Source: Camelus dromedarius
Taxonomy: Eukaryota
DNA length: 64,000 nt
Direction: 5' to 3'
Assembly: GCF_036321535.1 (NCBI RefSeq)
Contig: NC_087436.1
Coordinates: forward strand, 85,190,001-85,254,000
Shown: in pieces, positions 37,410-51,041 of the stretch
Numbering within the stretch: the first letter of the stretch is position 1
How the letters are laid out: the number at the start of each line of letters is the position of its first letter
Translations under genes and position numbers: made by a program
The notes under the pieces: generated by a model
Told to the model about the DNA's origin: nothing
What the model saw: only the letters and a program-made list of their open reading frames with translations
Database searches by the model: none

Positions 37410-37948
37410 CTAAATTGAAAAAAAAAATAGCATAAAAGACATTAATCTCAGGAACCAAGTCAGTATAGCACAAAATTACTTAAATCTTTCCTTTAAAAGG
37501 TGTTTAAATTCTATGGGAATATCCTGAGGAACTAAAGTTATGTGCCCCCAAACTTGGCTTTTGAACCACTGGTCTCACAGCAGCCAAGTCCTATCTTCTT
37601 AGTTCTTCTGTTTCTCCCCAACAAAATAAATCAAACAATATTTACTGATCACTTGTTATCTTAGATGCTGTGGAAAGAAAATGATAAACTACAGTTCCCG
37701 TTTTTCAGGAGCTTATAATTAGTCTAATTAAGGAACTTGATTGCACGTGTTCACTCTTCTCGCCACATTCACACTAACCCAGAGTCACACCAGAGCCAGA
37801 TTAAGAATGGAAACTAAGCAAAATAGCTATTTCTGTTCAGCCCACATGCATCACAGGTGTGCATGACCACTGAAAACCCCTGGACAGTATTTACTCCTAA
37901 TAGTTGAGTGCCTTTTTGGTCCTGGTACTTAACAGTGCTCTGACTTAC

Positions 37949-38124
37949 TTCTTCATCTTTTTTCTTTAATTCTGCTTGAACTTCTTCTAACTCCTCTTGA
38001 CCTTCATCCGGACTCATCTTTAAGCCTTCCCGAAGCATTCTAATGCCAAAAATGGCAAATAATGCCGTTGAAACATAGTACGTGTACACCCTGGGGATGA
38101 CTGTGGTGGCATAGCCAAACAACA
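37949..38124 (-). CDS. TMEM165: TMEM165 exon 3
   Basis: cttccag| ... |gtaagt; 176 nt; LFGYATTVIPRVYTYYVSTALFAIFGIRMLREGLKMSPDEGQEELEEVQAELKKKDEE. Confidence 0.97.
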
Positions 38125-39149
38125 CTGGAAGAAAATGCAACAAACAGTCTGGTTAATTCGCAGATTACACACCAACCGAAGAATCAGTTACCTTCAGAAA
38201 TCACAATTTGCCACTGTTTTAAAGGGAAAATGGTTCACATTAGAAGCTAATCTAAAACATAATAACCTTAAATTCTAATTCTTTCCTTCCACCAACACTG
38301 AACCCTTAGGTCTAGCCAATGACTTAGCACAGCTCAACAAAAAATCAGTGGTGTAGTCGAAGATGGCAGGTGTTCCAAACGCTCTCACAGAGATCTCCTC
38401 TCAGACACCTGCAGCCGGGGGCTGGCCAGCCCCATGTCATGCGTGGGAAGTCAACTTTGATGCCCTCTACTGATCCCATGACCTTATAACCCAGAAGCTA
38501 TACCACTGCCCTATGTGACATTTCTTCATTACAAATCTTTCAGTTACAAACTTCTACAGTGAAGAATCATGACAAGATTCTCATGTGGCATGACAAACTC
38601 CGCTCCTCTACAACTATTAAAAATACGTATATCTTAAGAAAGGAAACTAGTAATTTCACATATATAAAAGTAACATAACAGACTCAAACTGACTCAGTAC
38701 AATTCTTCACTATCATTAAATATAGAAGACAACTGTGTAAATTACATATAAAAAACTATACTTGGAACTAAATACAGTACCCAAGCCCCAACTGTGAAAC
38801 ATATTTGCATCAATAATATGAAGTTAGTAATTAAAACTTAAGAACTATGGAAGAGCCAGAGGATATTTCCATATATATATATATAATACATGTGATTACT
38901 TATCACTTCACCAGCTCTTTTCATCAAATGGGCACAACACATAAAAAACTGCCTGAACATCAAATATACAACTGCATAGGTAACCCATTCCCCACTTCAT
39001 TATATTACAAAATGAAAAAGATTTAAAAAGCATGTTTAGCAATGCAAATCTATGCTTATGTGCATATCCATGTCTAAATTACATATGTATATGTGTGTAT
39101 ATATGCCCACACACACACACACGATACAGACGTGTATTTCCGAGTTCTA

Positions 39150-40345
39150 CTTGAAAAAGCCAAGAAGCAAAGACATCTCAGTAACAATGATCTGCACCCA
39201 GACCTTGGTTTCTAATACCATTCCCCTAAAAGGCTCCTAGAGAAATGGCTAATCCCAAGACTAGGCAGAGGACTACAAGATGAACTGCATTGTCTTCTTA
39301 TACTAGAAAGAAAGGAAGAAGAAAACAAATGACAGCATGTCACAAGGACACAGGGGTCAGCTTGGAGGGGCTCCCAGCCACCAAATCTGGGACAATTTAG
39401 GGAACAAGATAGTTAAGTAGTTAGTTATAAACCACTGAAAAAAAAAGTAGTTCATGAGTTTATACTGACAATAAATAGACAAGCCAATGGGAGAGGAGGG
39501 AGAAGTCTTTCTCAGAGCAGCATGCCAGGGCTCACTGGTAAATGTGGACAGAGTACTGGAATTAGCCAACATTTTGCAAGTGTCACAGTAAAGTTTAGAA
39601 CATGTAAGAGACATCAATTGACGCTAAACTGTGGGGAATAGGGTATTTGTATTGTTTTAAAGTGTCTCCTTAAAAACTGCATATTGGCTCCGAGGGAAGA
39701 AAAAAGATTGTCTACAAGAGAAACTCTGACCGGGTGATCAAAACTAACACCAGTGAGGGACAAAGGACATCACGTGCTTACAGATGTGAAACTTAAGAAT
39801 CACCCACGCAGTGTTCTAACCAAGAATGCATAACCTCAGTATAATCGTGAGGAGACATCACACAAACACAAAATGAGGAACAGTTCATTAAAAAGAGGTG
39901 GGCTGTATCTTAGAAAAATAGTATTATAAATAAGAAAAGGCTATAGAAATATTTCAGATTAAAAGACTAAAAAGAACTGAATGTACTACCTGACCTAGAC
40001 TAGATCCTCTACAGGAAGGAAAAAACTGCATTAGAGAATATTATTAGGTCAACTCACAAAATTAAAACATGGATGATAGACTAAGGTGCTAATCTGTCTA
40101 TAAAGATACGTGTATATGCACACATTGTATGTGTGTATGTCCACATATATACCTACAGGTACATAAATTGTGTGTGCACATACATAACTTTATTTAGATA
40201 CAGATAAAGGGATACATAGGTCACAAATGCAAAAGCAAATGGGGCAAAATGTTAAAAAAGGTAAATCCAGATAAAAATTTATAAGTGTTCTTACACTATT
40301 TTATTCTTGTGACTTTGTAAATTTAAAATATTCTCCATAAAAGGT
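39150..40345 (+). mobile_element. Old L1 (L1MC-like) 3'UTR
   Basis: cagaccttggtttctaataccattccc...agagaaatggctaatcccaagactagg motif typical of L1MC 3'UTRs. Confidence 0.6.
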
Positions 40346-40925
40346 TTTAAAAATTTTTTAAAGGTAGCAAATCTTTTAAAATCCCCTAAACTTAGTTTTC
40401 CTTTTATCTTCAGATAATTTAAAACAACTACTTACTGACATTTACAATCCCATGTTGTCGGCCTTGACATCTCCACAGAGAGCAAAAAAACTCCCTGGAG
40501 TTATAACCCTGTCCTTCTTTCCTGGTTACTGTCCCTCAGTTTCCTCTTTCTTTGGAAACCTTTCCTCAGACACTGGAGTTCTTTGGTTCTGCGAACCATG
40601 AGAAGTTATTTCTCTTTAAGCAAGTGCTTTGTATCAAGTCAGAAATCACTGACTTGTAAGTACTTAAACTGAGAACACTTGGCACAAGAACATTAGTGTG
40701 AGGAGAAAAATATGGCCCAGGGATAAAACTGTGGGAAATGTCAATATTTATGGTGCAGAAGTTTTTTTTCCAGAGAAGTAAAAATGTAACTAGAAGCAGG
40801 GGGTGTCACAGAAGCCAAGAGAAAAGGTGAGAATGCCCATGGCTGTGATCTGAGGGGCTCATGGAAATGAAAACTGAACTCTGTAATTAGGAAGGCTGAT
40901 TACTGAAGGCTTTACAACAGTGTTA

Positions 40926-43900
40926 GCGACTTCCAACGCTGTACTGAATAGAAGTGGTGAGAGTGGGCATCCTTGTCTTGTGCCAGATTTTAGCGGAAAG
41001 GCTTTCAACTTCTCACCATTGATTATTATGCCGGCTGTAGGTTTGTCATATATAGCTTTTATTATGTTGAGATATGTTCCCTTTATTCCCACTTTGGTGA
41101 GAGTTTTTATCATGAATGGGTGTTGAATTTTATCAAATGCTTTTTCTACATCTATTGAGATGATCGTGTGGTTTTTGTCCTTTCTCTTGTTGATGTGGTG
41201 TATCACATTGATTGATTTGTGTATGCTGAACCGTCCTTGTGTCCCTGGGATGAATCCAACTTAAATACAATGTATGATCTTTTTTATGTGTTGTTGGATT
41301 CTGTTTGCTAATATTTTGTTGAGGATTTTTGCATCAATGTTCATCAATGATATTGGCCTATAGTTTTCTTTTTTGGTAGTGTCTTTGTCTGGCTTTGGTA
41401 TCAGGGTGATGGTGGCTTCATAGAATGAGTTTGGAAGTACTCCCTCCTCTTTGATCTTTTGGAAGAGTCTGAGAAGGACTGGTATGAGCTCTTCTTGGTA
41501 TGCTGGATAGAATTCCCAAGTGAAGCCATCTGTTTCTGGACTTTTGTTGGCAGGGAGGTTTTTTATTGCTTATTCTATTTCACTTCCAGTGATTGGTTTG
41601 TTCAAATGATCTATTTCTTCTTGATTCAGTTTTGGTGGACTGTATGTTTCTAGAAACTTGTCCATTTCTTCTCAGTTGTCTAATTCATTGCCATATAGTT
41701 GTTCATAGTATTCTCTTATGTTTTTTTGTATTTCTGTGGTGTTTGCTGTAATTTCTCCACTTCCAATTCTTATTTTATTTGTGTCCTCTCTCTTTTCTTC
41801 TTGGTGAGCCTACCAGAGGTTTGTCAATTTTGTTTACTTTTTCAAAAAACCAGATCTTGGTTTGCTTGATTTTTTCTTCTTTTTTTTTTTAATCTTTATT
41901 TATTTCCTCCCTGATCTTTATTATTTCTTTCCTTCCACTGACTTTAGGTCTTATTTGTTCTTCTTTTTCTAATTCTTTTCGGTGGTAGGTTAGGTTGTTT
42001 ATTTGAGATTGTTCTTGTTTTTGAGGAAGGCCTGTATCACTATGAACTTCCCTCTTAGGACTGCTTTTGCTGCATCCCATAGATTTTGTGTGGCTGTATT
42101 TTCATTGTCATTTGTCTCAGGGTATTTTTGAATTTCTTCTTTGATTTCATCTTTGACCCATCAGTTTTTTAGTAGCATGTTGTTTAGTCTATAGTATTGG
42201 AAGTCCTAGCCACAGCAATTAGACAAGAAAAAAAACTAAGAGGGATCCAAAGAGAAGAGAAGAGGTAGAGGTAAAAGTGGAAGAGAAGAGGTAAAATTGT
42301 CACTATATGTGGATGACATGATACTATATACAGAAAACCCTAAAGGCTCCACACAAAAACTACTAGAGTTGATAAAAGAATTCAGCAAGGTCGGAGGATA
42401 CAAGATTAACATACAGAAATCAGCAGCATTTATTTACACTGACAATGAAATACCAGAAAAGGAAAGGAAAGAAACAATCCCTTTTTAAACTGCATCCAAA
42501 AAACTAAAATACTTGGGAATAAATCTGACCAAGGAAGTGAAAGACTTATACTTGGAGAACTACAAAACACTGACTAAGGAAATTAAAGATGACTTAAAGA
42601 AATAGAAAGATATCCCATGTTCTTGGATTGGAAGAATTAATATTGTTAAAATGGCCTTAATACACAAAGTAAGCTACAGATTTAGTGTGATCCCTATCAA
42701 ATTACCCAGGATGTTTTTCAAAGAACTAGAACAAATAATCCTAAAATTTATATGGATTCACAAAAAATCCAGAGTTTCCAAAGCAATACTGAAGAAAAAG
42801 AATGAAGTTGGAGGAATAACCCTCCCAGACTTTAGACAATACTACAGAGCTACAGTAATCAAAACAGCTTGGTATTGGCACAAAAACACACATATGAATC
42901 AATGGAACAGAACAGAGAGCCCAGAGATACCACCACAAAATTTTGGTCAATTAATCTTTGACAAAGAAGGCAAGAATATACAATGGAGTAAAGATAGTCT
43001 CTTCAGCAAATGGTGTTGGGAAAACTGGGCAGCTGCATGTAAATCAATGAAGTTAGAACACTCCCTCACACCATACACAAAAATAAATTCAAAATGGCTT
43101 AAAGACTTAAACATAAGACAAGATACAATAAACCTCCTAGAAGAAAATATAGGCAAAGCATTATCTGACATAAGTCTCAATGATGTTCTCCTAGGGCAGT
43201 CTACCCACGCAATAAAAATAAAAGCAAAAATTAACAAATAAGACCTAATTGAACTTACAAACTTTTGCACAGCAAAGAAAACCATAAGCATAACAAAAAG
43301 ACAACCTATCGAATGGGAGAAAATATTTGCAAAAGATGAGACTGACAAGGGCTTCTTATTAAGTTGTATGAATTGTTTATTCTGGAAATTAAGCCCTTGT
43401 CAGTCTCATCTTTTCCAAGTATTTTCTCCCATTCGATAGGTTGTCTTTTTGTTATGCCTATGGTTTCTTTTGCTGTGCAAAAGCTTATAAGTTCAATTAG
43501 GTCTTATTTGTTAATTTTTGCTTTTATTTTTATTGCATGGGTAGACTGCCCTAGGAGAACATCGTTGAGACTTATGTCAGATAATGCTTTGCCTATATTT
43601 TCTTCTAGGAGGTTTACTGTATCTTGTCTTTTGTTTGAAATATAAGAAGCTCACACGATTTAATAAGAAAAAAACAAACAACCCAATCCAAAAATGGGCA
43701 GAAGACCTAAAGAAGCAGTTCTTCAATGAAGACATACAAATGGCCAATAGGCACATGAAAAAATGCTCAATATCACTAATTATCAGAGAAATGCAAATCA
43801 AAACTACAGTGAAGTAACACCTCACAACAGTCAGAATGGCCATTATTAAAAAGTCCACAAACGACAAATACTGGTGAGGGTATGGAGAAAAGGGAACCCT

Positions 43901-44680
43901 CCTACACTGTTGGTAGGAATGTAGTTTGGTGCAGCCATTATGGAAAACACTGTGGAGATTCCTTAAAAAACTAAAAATAGACTCACCATATAACCCAGCA
44001 ACCCCACTCCTGGGCATATATTCAAAGGGAACCTTAATTCAAAGAGATAACATGCACCCCAATTTTCATAGCAACACTATTTACAATAGCCAAGACATGG
44101 AACCAACCTAAATTGACAGATGGCAGAAGACAGATGACTGGATAAAGAAGTTGTGGTATATTTATACAATGGAATACTACTCAGCTATAAAAAATAAAAT
44201 AAAATAAAATAAAACAATGCCATTTGCAGCAGCATGGATGGCCCTGGAGATTGTCATTCTAAGTGAAGTAAGCCAGAGAGAGAAAGAAAACTGTCACTGA
44301 TATCACTCATATGTGGAATCTAAAAAAAAAAAAAAAGAAAAGAAACAAACTTATTTACAAAAAAAAAACCAGACTCACAGACATAGAAAACAAACTTATG
44401 GTTACAGGGCGAAGGAGGGGTGGGAAGGGATAAATTGGGAGGTCTAGATTTGCAGATACTAACTAATACACATAAAATAGATAAACAACAAGTTTATACT
44501 GTATAGCACAAGAAACTATATTCAACATCCTGTAGTAACTTATGGTGAAAAAGGATATGAAAATGAATATATGTACGTATATGTATGACTAGAAATATTA
44601 TGCTATACACCAGAAATTGACACAACATTGTAAACTGACTATACTTTAATAAAAAAAAAAATACACACACACACACACAA
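40926..44680 (+). mobile_element. L1 element A: 5'-inverted (twin-primed) ORF2 fragment with an internal inverted duplication
   Basis: 40926-42190 antisense ORF2 (ORF 40859-41206: [16 protein letters not shown]...[13 protein letters not shown]); sense from 42191 ([12 protein letters not shown] 42651-43241); poly(A) at 44649-44661; candidate TSD aacagtgtta 40916-40925 / aacggtgtta 44681-44690. Confidence 0.92.
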
Positions 44681-44980
44681 AACGGTGTTAATGGCAGAAA
44701 TCAGTCTGCAAGTAGATGAGGAGTGAGATGGGAGGAACGGCAGTGACGGTAAAAGTCTGAAGCGGATGTGATTGCCATCCCTGTTGCAGGACAGCTGAGG
44801 CCAAGTCCGCCCCCAGCCAGATGAGGACAGAGCCAGCCTGGAGCTCTCAGTTCCCTGCCCAAGCAGGAGACCAGAGATGCAGGTGAGTGACTGCATCAAA
44901 CTAGCAGAGACCACACCCCAGGGGACACAAAGACTCTCCAGGGAACACCAATGAACAGTCTGTGAAAAAATCTATTTGCA

Positions 44981-46250
44981 AATCAAGCCTTTGTCAGTTT
45001 CATTTGCAGAAATTTTCTTCCATTCCATAGGTTGTCATTTTGTTTTCCTTATGGTTTCCTTTGCTGTGCAGAAGCTTGTAATTTTCATTAGGTCCCATTT
45101 GTTTATTCTTGCTTTTATTTCTATTGCTTGGGTAGACTGTTCAAGGAGAACATTTTAGAGATGTGTGTCAGATAATGTTTTGCCTATATTTTCTTCTAGG
45201 AGGTTTATTGTATCTTGTATGTTTAAAATATAAGCAGCTCACACGATTTAATAAGAAAAAAACAAACAACCCAATCCAAAAATGGGCAGAAGACTTAAAC
45301 AAGCAATTCTCCATGGAAGAAATACAAATGATCAATAGGCACATGAAAAGATGCTCAATATCACTAATTATCAGAGAAATGCCAATCAAAACTACGATGG
45401 GGTATCACCTCACACTAGTCAAAATGGCCATCATTCAAAAGTCCACAAATGACAAATGCTGGAGAGGCTGTGGAGAAAGGGGAACCCTCCTACACTGCTG
45501 GTGGGAATGCAGTTTGTTTGGTGCAGCCACTGTGGAAAACAGTATGCAGATTCCTCAAAAGACTAGGAGTAGACTTACCATATGACCCAGCCATCCTGCT
45601 CCTGGGCATATATCCAGAAGGGAGCCTGCTTCAAAATGACACCTGCACCCCAATGTTCATAGCACCACTATTTACAATAGCCAAGACATGGAAACAGCCT
45701 AAAGGTCCATCAACAGATGACTGGATAAAGAAGATGTGGTATATTTATACAATGGAATACTATTCAGCCATAAAAACCGACAACATAACACCATTTGCAG
45801 CAACATGGATGTTACTGGAGAATGTCATTCTAAGTGAAGTAAGCCAGAAAGAGAAAGAAAAATACCATATGAGACTGCTCATATGCGGAATCTAAACAAA
45901 AACAAAAACAAAAACAAAAACAAAAAACAAAAATACAAAACAGAAACAGACTCATAGACATAAATACAAACTTGTGGTTGCTAGGGGGAGGGGGCGTGGG
46001 AAGGGACTGGGATTTCAAAATGTAGAATAGATAAACAAGATTGTACTGTGTAGCACAGGGAAATATATACAGGATCTCGTGGTGGCTCACAGCGAAAGAG
46101 AATGTGACAATGAATATATGTATGTTCATGTATAACTGAAAAATTGTGCTCTACACTGGAATTTGACACAACATTGTAAAATGACTATAACTCAATAAAG
46201 AAATGTTTATATATATAAAAAAAAATTACTGGGTAGGACAGCACAGAAAA
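44981..46250 (+). mobile_element. L1 element B: 5'-inverted truncated L1 with 16-bp TSD
   Basis: Antisense 44981-~45224, then sense ORF2 end (ORF 45449-45895) and 3'UTR; TSD aaaaaatctattYgca at 44965-44980 and 46251-46266. Confidence 0.92.
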
Positions 46251-46879
46251 AAAAAATCTATTCGCAGAAGTTCCACTTCCCCAGGGACTCTTCCCTAAAA
46301 CTCCTCGGCCTGCAGACATGCTCGGAGCTGAGAAGGTGTGCGGTTCTCCTTTCTCACGTCCCTTCTTCACAGCTGCCCTCTGCCCACTCTACAGAGATGC
46401 CTTCCATCCCCATTCCAGTAGTGCATTTCCCCATGGTAAGGAAAAACAGACATCCTACAGCACCAAATAGGGGGTCTGCCAATACCAGAGTCCTCAACCA
46501 AGGAACCCCAAACCAGAGAGAAGGCTTTGGGTCTTCCCTGTCTTACCTGAGTGTCCAAAAAGGCCATGGCATTAGCGACAGTGGCACTGTGGAGGCACTG
46601 GAAATAATGGTCACGGGTAAGAAATAAGGTATTTTGGCCTTGGTAGGAATAATTTTTACTTAGCAATCATGCCTCTTTCATCTCCCAACCAGTGTAAACA
46701 AATGCATTTTCCCTAAGGCAGAGTCTTGGTACAACAAAGAGAGCATCAGAGAGAAACACTAAATCCCAGTGGCTTACTTTCCCAGGCAGCTCACTCCGAG
46801 GTGGGTCCCAGGCCCAATCCAGCCAGCCAGCCATTTTAGGACAGCCCTGAACAGATGGTTGTCATGTGTATTACAGTCA

Positions 46880-47930
46880 AAAAACCAAGTAAATGCTTTC
46901 TGACAGAAAGTAAGCCTTACTGACATGGTCTACTGTGGAGCAACTGCATGGCAATTAGGTACTGCGGCAGACATCTCCTATAAATTGAATGAGCTAAGTC
47001 TGCACCTCCAAGGCTCCAGAAAAAACATATTTAAAACATGTGATATGTTACAACTTTTAAAATGAAACCATTTATTGGTAAAAGTATGCTGAAGTTAAAA
47101 ATATTTCAATTTTCTCAATCATTTCTAAACATATCCAGTTAAACAAGTTACTTCTAAGTAAAAGACTAACATGTATAAGAACAGTCATTTGATGAATTTC
47201 AGAAAAACTTTTTTTGGTATACTGGACAGTTTCCAACTCTGTGCTTTTAACAAAATTGACAGAAGACCTTATTAAGCTGTCAGCGGGTAAATCATTAAAA
47301 ATCACTTGATGACAGCGCAGTATGTGATTTTTAGCACATAACCCAGGAGTTCCATGAACTGAGTGACGTGGCTATAATGTCACTCTTTTTCCTGTCTACT
47401 TATTTATAGGGATAAAATTTCTCAGCCCTTCTATCTATTTTTTAAAAGAGAGATCAGAATTGATTTTCAACCTGGCTTCACTCTAGCAATAAGTATCATC
47501 CATGAACATATAAACTAATTTTAAAAGAAGAGTTCTATCATCTCATTAAGAGATGCATTTCCAACTTTTAAAAAATGTTTATTTAAATTTGTGATATATT
47601 TTGCTTTGCTCAAAGGTGTATTAATAACTACAACTCAATAAAAAATGTTAACATTTAGAGACTTAAAGGAAATTTTCAGCATCTTCTAAAATTCAATTTA
47701 TATGCATATTTTTGCTGCAGATAGATAAGATACTGTGATCCACAAAAGATTTTCAAGCAAAAAACTTATCATTACAGTAAAATTCTATGAGGAAATAAAT
47801 GAAAATAAGAATTAAAGAAGAAAAAAAAAACAATGTAAATTTCCAAATGTTAAAGAAGAATTTATTCATGGTTTTTTTTAAAGGAATGATACTGGTGGTG
47901 ATGGTGAAGATCAAACTGCTAGCGGTACTC
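46880..47930 (+). mobile_element. hAT-Charlie DNA transposon relic
   Basis: caattaggtactgcggcagacatctcctataaattgaatgagctaagtctgcacctccaaggc translates QLGTAADISYKLNELSLHLQG, resembling the Charlie/Buster transposase motif LAYLxDIFxxLNELNLxLQG; ends in ...tctcattaa (SH*). Confidence 0.6.
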
Positions 47931-50900
47931 AGATTCCACTGGGTTGTCTTAAAGGAATAGGCCACGTAGGCCCAAGGCCCGGGGAACATAAGGCAAGTGC
48001 CGTGTTAACCTCTGGGCAACTGGCACAGGCCCACTGGCCCAGCCAGCAAGGATATACTTTTGACCTTGGAGCTACTCCTACCTCCCCCTGATCCCACTCC
48101 TTCATCCACATCTCCCCTGCACCCCTCCATGGCTGCTCCTCCGAAGGAACAAACTCACAAAAAGTGAGATGCTACCTCTCTTGATGGCCCTGAATTTTAG
48201 TGAGAAATTCTGAAAAAAGCCAAACACAAGAATGTCCGATGGCGCTGCTCAGACATCAGCTCTTCAGGTGGGACGGGCGGGAAGAGATGCCGCTCAGGGC
48301 GGCAGGATTACAGCGCTGCCCCCGCCTCGCACCAGGCCATCCCTGCTCACAGACCCAACACAGTTGGTTCTAAATAAATATTTGCTGAATTAATTAGCCA
48401 TTATTGTAAATAATGTGAAAATATCCGAATAAATGGTTCAGTTGCACTCGGGGCACAGCTGAGCCCTTTCTGGCGCAGAGCGTTTCTATAAGAGGGAAGA
48501 GAACAAACTGGTGGGGAGGCCTGATCCTGTACCAGATGGTTTGCTTATTTTAACTCCATCTAATCTTTCTTACAATTCTGTAAGGACTGTACTAGTATTA
48601 TCCTGAGTTTACAGGAGACAAAGAGTCACCAGGAGCTTAAATAACTTAGAAAGGCATAATGGAGTAAAAATATAATTATTTTCCAATATCTTATTAGCTT
48701 CAAAACTTTTCCCAGTAAACTCCTAATTCTCAAACAGATGACAGCAGGCTTTTTCCTAAAGGAGGATTTGGGGGGTCTCAACCCCCCCTCCCCCCCAGCA
48801 AACTGGGCAAGCTCCAGCCCTCACCCTGAAGAAAACTGTCAGAAACCCCTGGATTCAGAACCAGACACAGCTGTCTTTGAATCCCAGCTCAACTGTCCGT
48901 GAGCCAGGAGGACTTACTGTCTCTGCTTTCTGTCTGTCTATCTGTAACAGGACAGGGGGCCTGACTGAGGCAGGCGTGCAGCGTCACACACAGATGGTGC
49001 TCAGCAAATAGCAGCCACGTGACCGGCTCCTGTCTGCACAGTGAGGCAGCGGTAGAGGCCGGATTCAGCCCCAGGCCCAAGACATCAGAGTTCATGCCTT
49101 TCCTGTGCACCCCAACCCACCCCCAACAGCAGCTCCCCGCCACTAAATAGAATGCAGAGAAAGGGCTCAGAACCCAAAGACAAGCCAGTTCAGGAACGAT
49201 TCTGGAATGCTAACAAGAAAGAAGTAACACTGGTAAAGTGGAAATTCTGCAAAGGAAAGCAGTGGCCCCCACACTTACAGACTTGAAATTGCCCACAATG
49301 AACTCAACCATCTAGGGGGGAATCGGTTCATGTGGGCGAGGCTGGTGGGAAGACAAATGTGTCAAACACGAATGACGGGTGAGGCAGTGTTTAGTCTATC
49401 TTGAAAGACTGTTAAAAATGTATGATGTCTGAAATTTCTTTGATTTTGGAATTTCTTTTCTAATCGGTTTGCAAATATGATATGAATTGAAATATTCTGT
49501 AATAAATGTTAAAACACTTACAAGACAAACATTTCAAAAGAAAAGAATACCAACCATAACAATTTTACACAATATACCAAATATTAGGTCTCTGCAACTC
49601 CTTAAACTAAAGATGAAAAGTGAGTGGAGGTACACAGTTTTTCAAGCTCATTTTAGAGACACAAAGAAGAGGTTTGAAGACCACTGATACAACCCATTCT
49701 TTCAAACAGTTCGGGTGAGAGGAGCTGTCCCTACCAGCAGCCAGAGGGAGGTGGCCGGGGGTCAGGACAGGAGAGCCTGATGCCGCTCACAGCTGAGGGA
49801 AAGGAGCTGACCGCAGAGAAGGGGCAGGGGGATTGGAGGAGCCAGCTTCCCAGGAGGGACAGGCAGAGAGGGGGCAGCCTTCGAGTTATCCTCAAGGCTC
49901 CAAGTTTCAAAAATAAATTCTCTGATATTACTCAAACTCATTCCCAGCAAGTGATTTTGCCCTACTTTTCCAACCTTCCCCACTTTTCCTATTTCCTAGA
50001 ATCAAAATTTGCTTTTGAAGCAAATTGCTTTTGTTATGAGATATGAATAATGCTAATACTAATAACCAAAATGTGAAAAGTAGTCAAATTATTTTATTCA
50101 GTAAAATACTCATTATAATATGTTTAAAAAGACGAACTTTTACAAGCATTCAAGCAGCCAGAAATAGAACTTGTTCTGTACTTTAAAACTGTGTTTCACG
50201 AGAAACCTAAGGCAGGGGGGAATGACTGAGAGAGGGGGGAGAGGGGGGAATGACTGAGCACATGAAATATAAAGAAATCATTTTAATACAAACCACAACC
50301 CTGTGAGGCAGCTAGATATTATCTTCAGTTTACAGACGGAAACTGAAGCTCAAAGAGGTTAAGTAACTTATTATGAGGTTAATACATGGCATAATCAGAC
50401 TCCAATCCAAGTCTGACTCAGGAAAACTCACTATTTTCCACCCAACCATGTGGTTAACGGCAGCTTTTGAATCAGAGACTAAACTATGCTTAATTATTCA
50501 GCAATAAGTTTACTTTCTCATGGTCTTAATTCTTTGAAAAATTGAAGCCTATAATAACAGGAACTCAAATAGTAACAGACTGGGAATCTAAGAATGTTTC
50601 ATTCTTTTACTGTAATGAGCAAGAATAGCTTAATAGAGCACAATACACTGAACGCGACTCTTCATTATTAAAAAAGTCCTTCAATAGGAAATATGCAACT
50701 CTCTGTGGCTGCTTGAGTCCTATTTCTAAGCTATCAGATGTAAATAAACCTATCTGGACTTAAAAAGAAAAAAAAAAAAGCAAGGATATCCACAGCAAAA
50801 GGATAAAAAAAAATAGTGAATAAATGAGGTGTATGTATCTTGACTGAATAGCTGAAAATTTAATTTTACAAGTGCAATATGATATTTAAGAATTTATGTA

Positions 50901-51041
50901 CTAAAAATATTTTCTGTTGACTAAATTCTGGAACACAAACTAAATTCCACCATAACCAGTTGAATGATTCAGTCACTTCAATGCCACACACCATGCTTTC
51001 TCTAATTCAGTAAACTCATTAGGAGGAAAAAGCACACTCAC

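Noticed and set aside
42651..43241. 196-aa ORF as a possible gene
   Set aside because: Fragment of L1 ORF2 in a truncated, frameshifted and rearranged element; cannot encode a functional reverse transcriptase
44782..46845. Possible old LTR interrupted by L1 element B
   Set aside because: Composition is suggestive, but I could not identify the family, termini or a TSD
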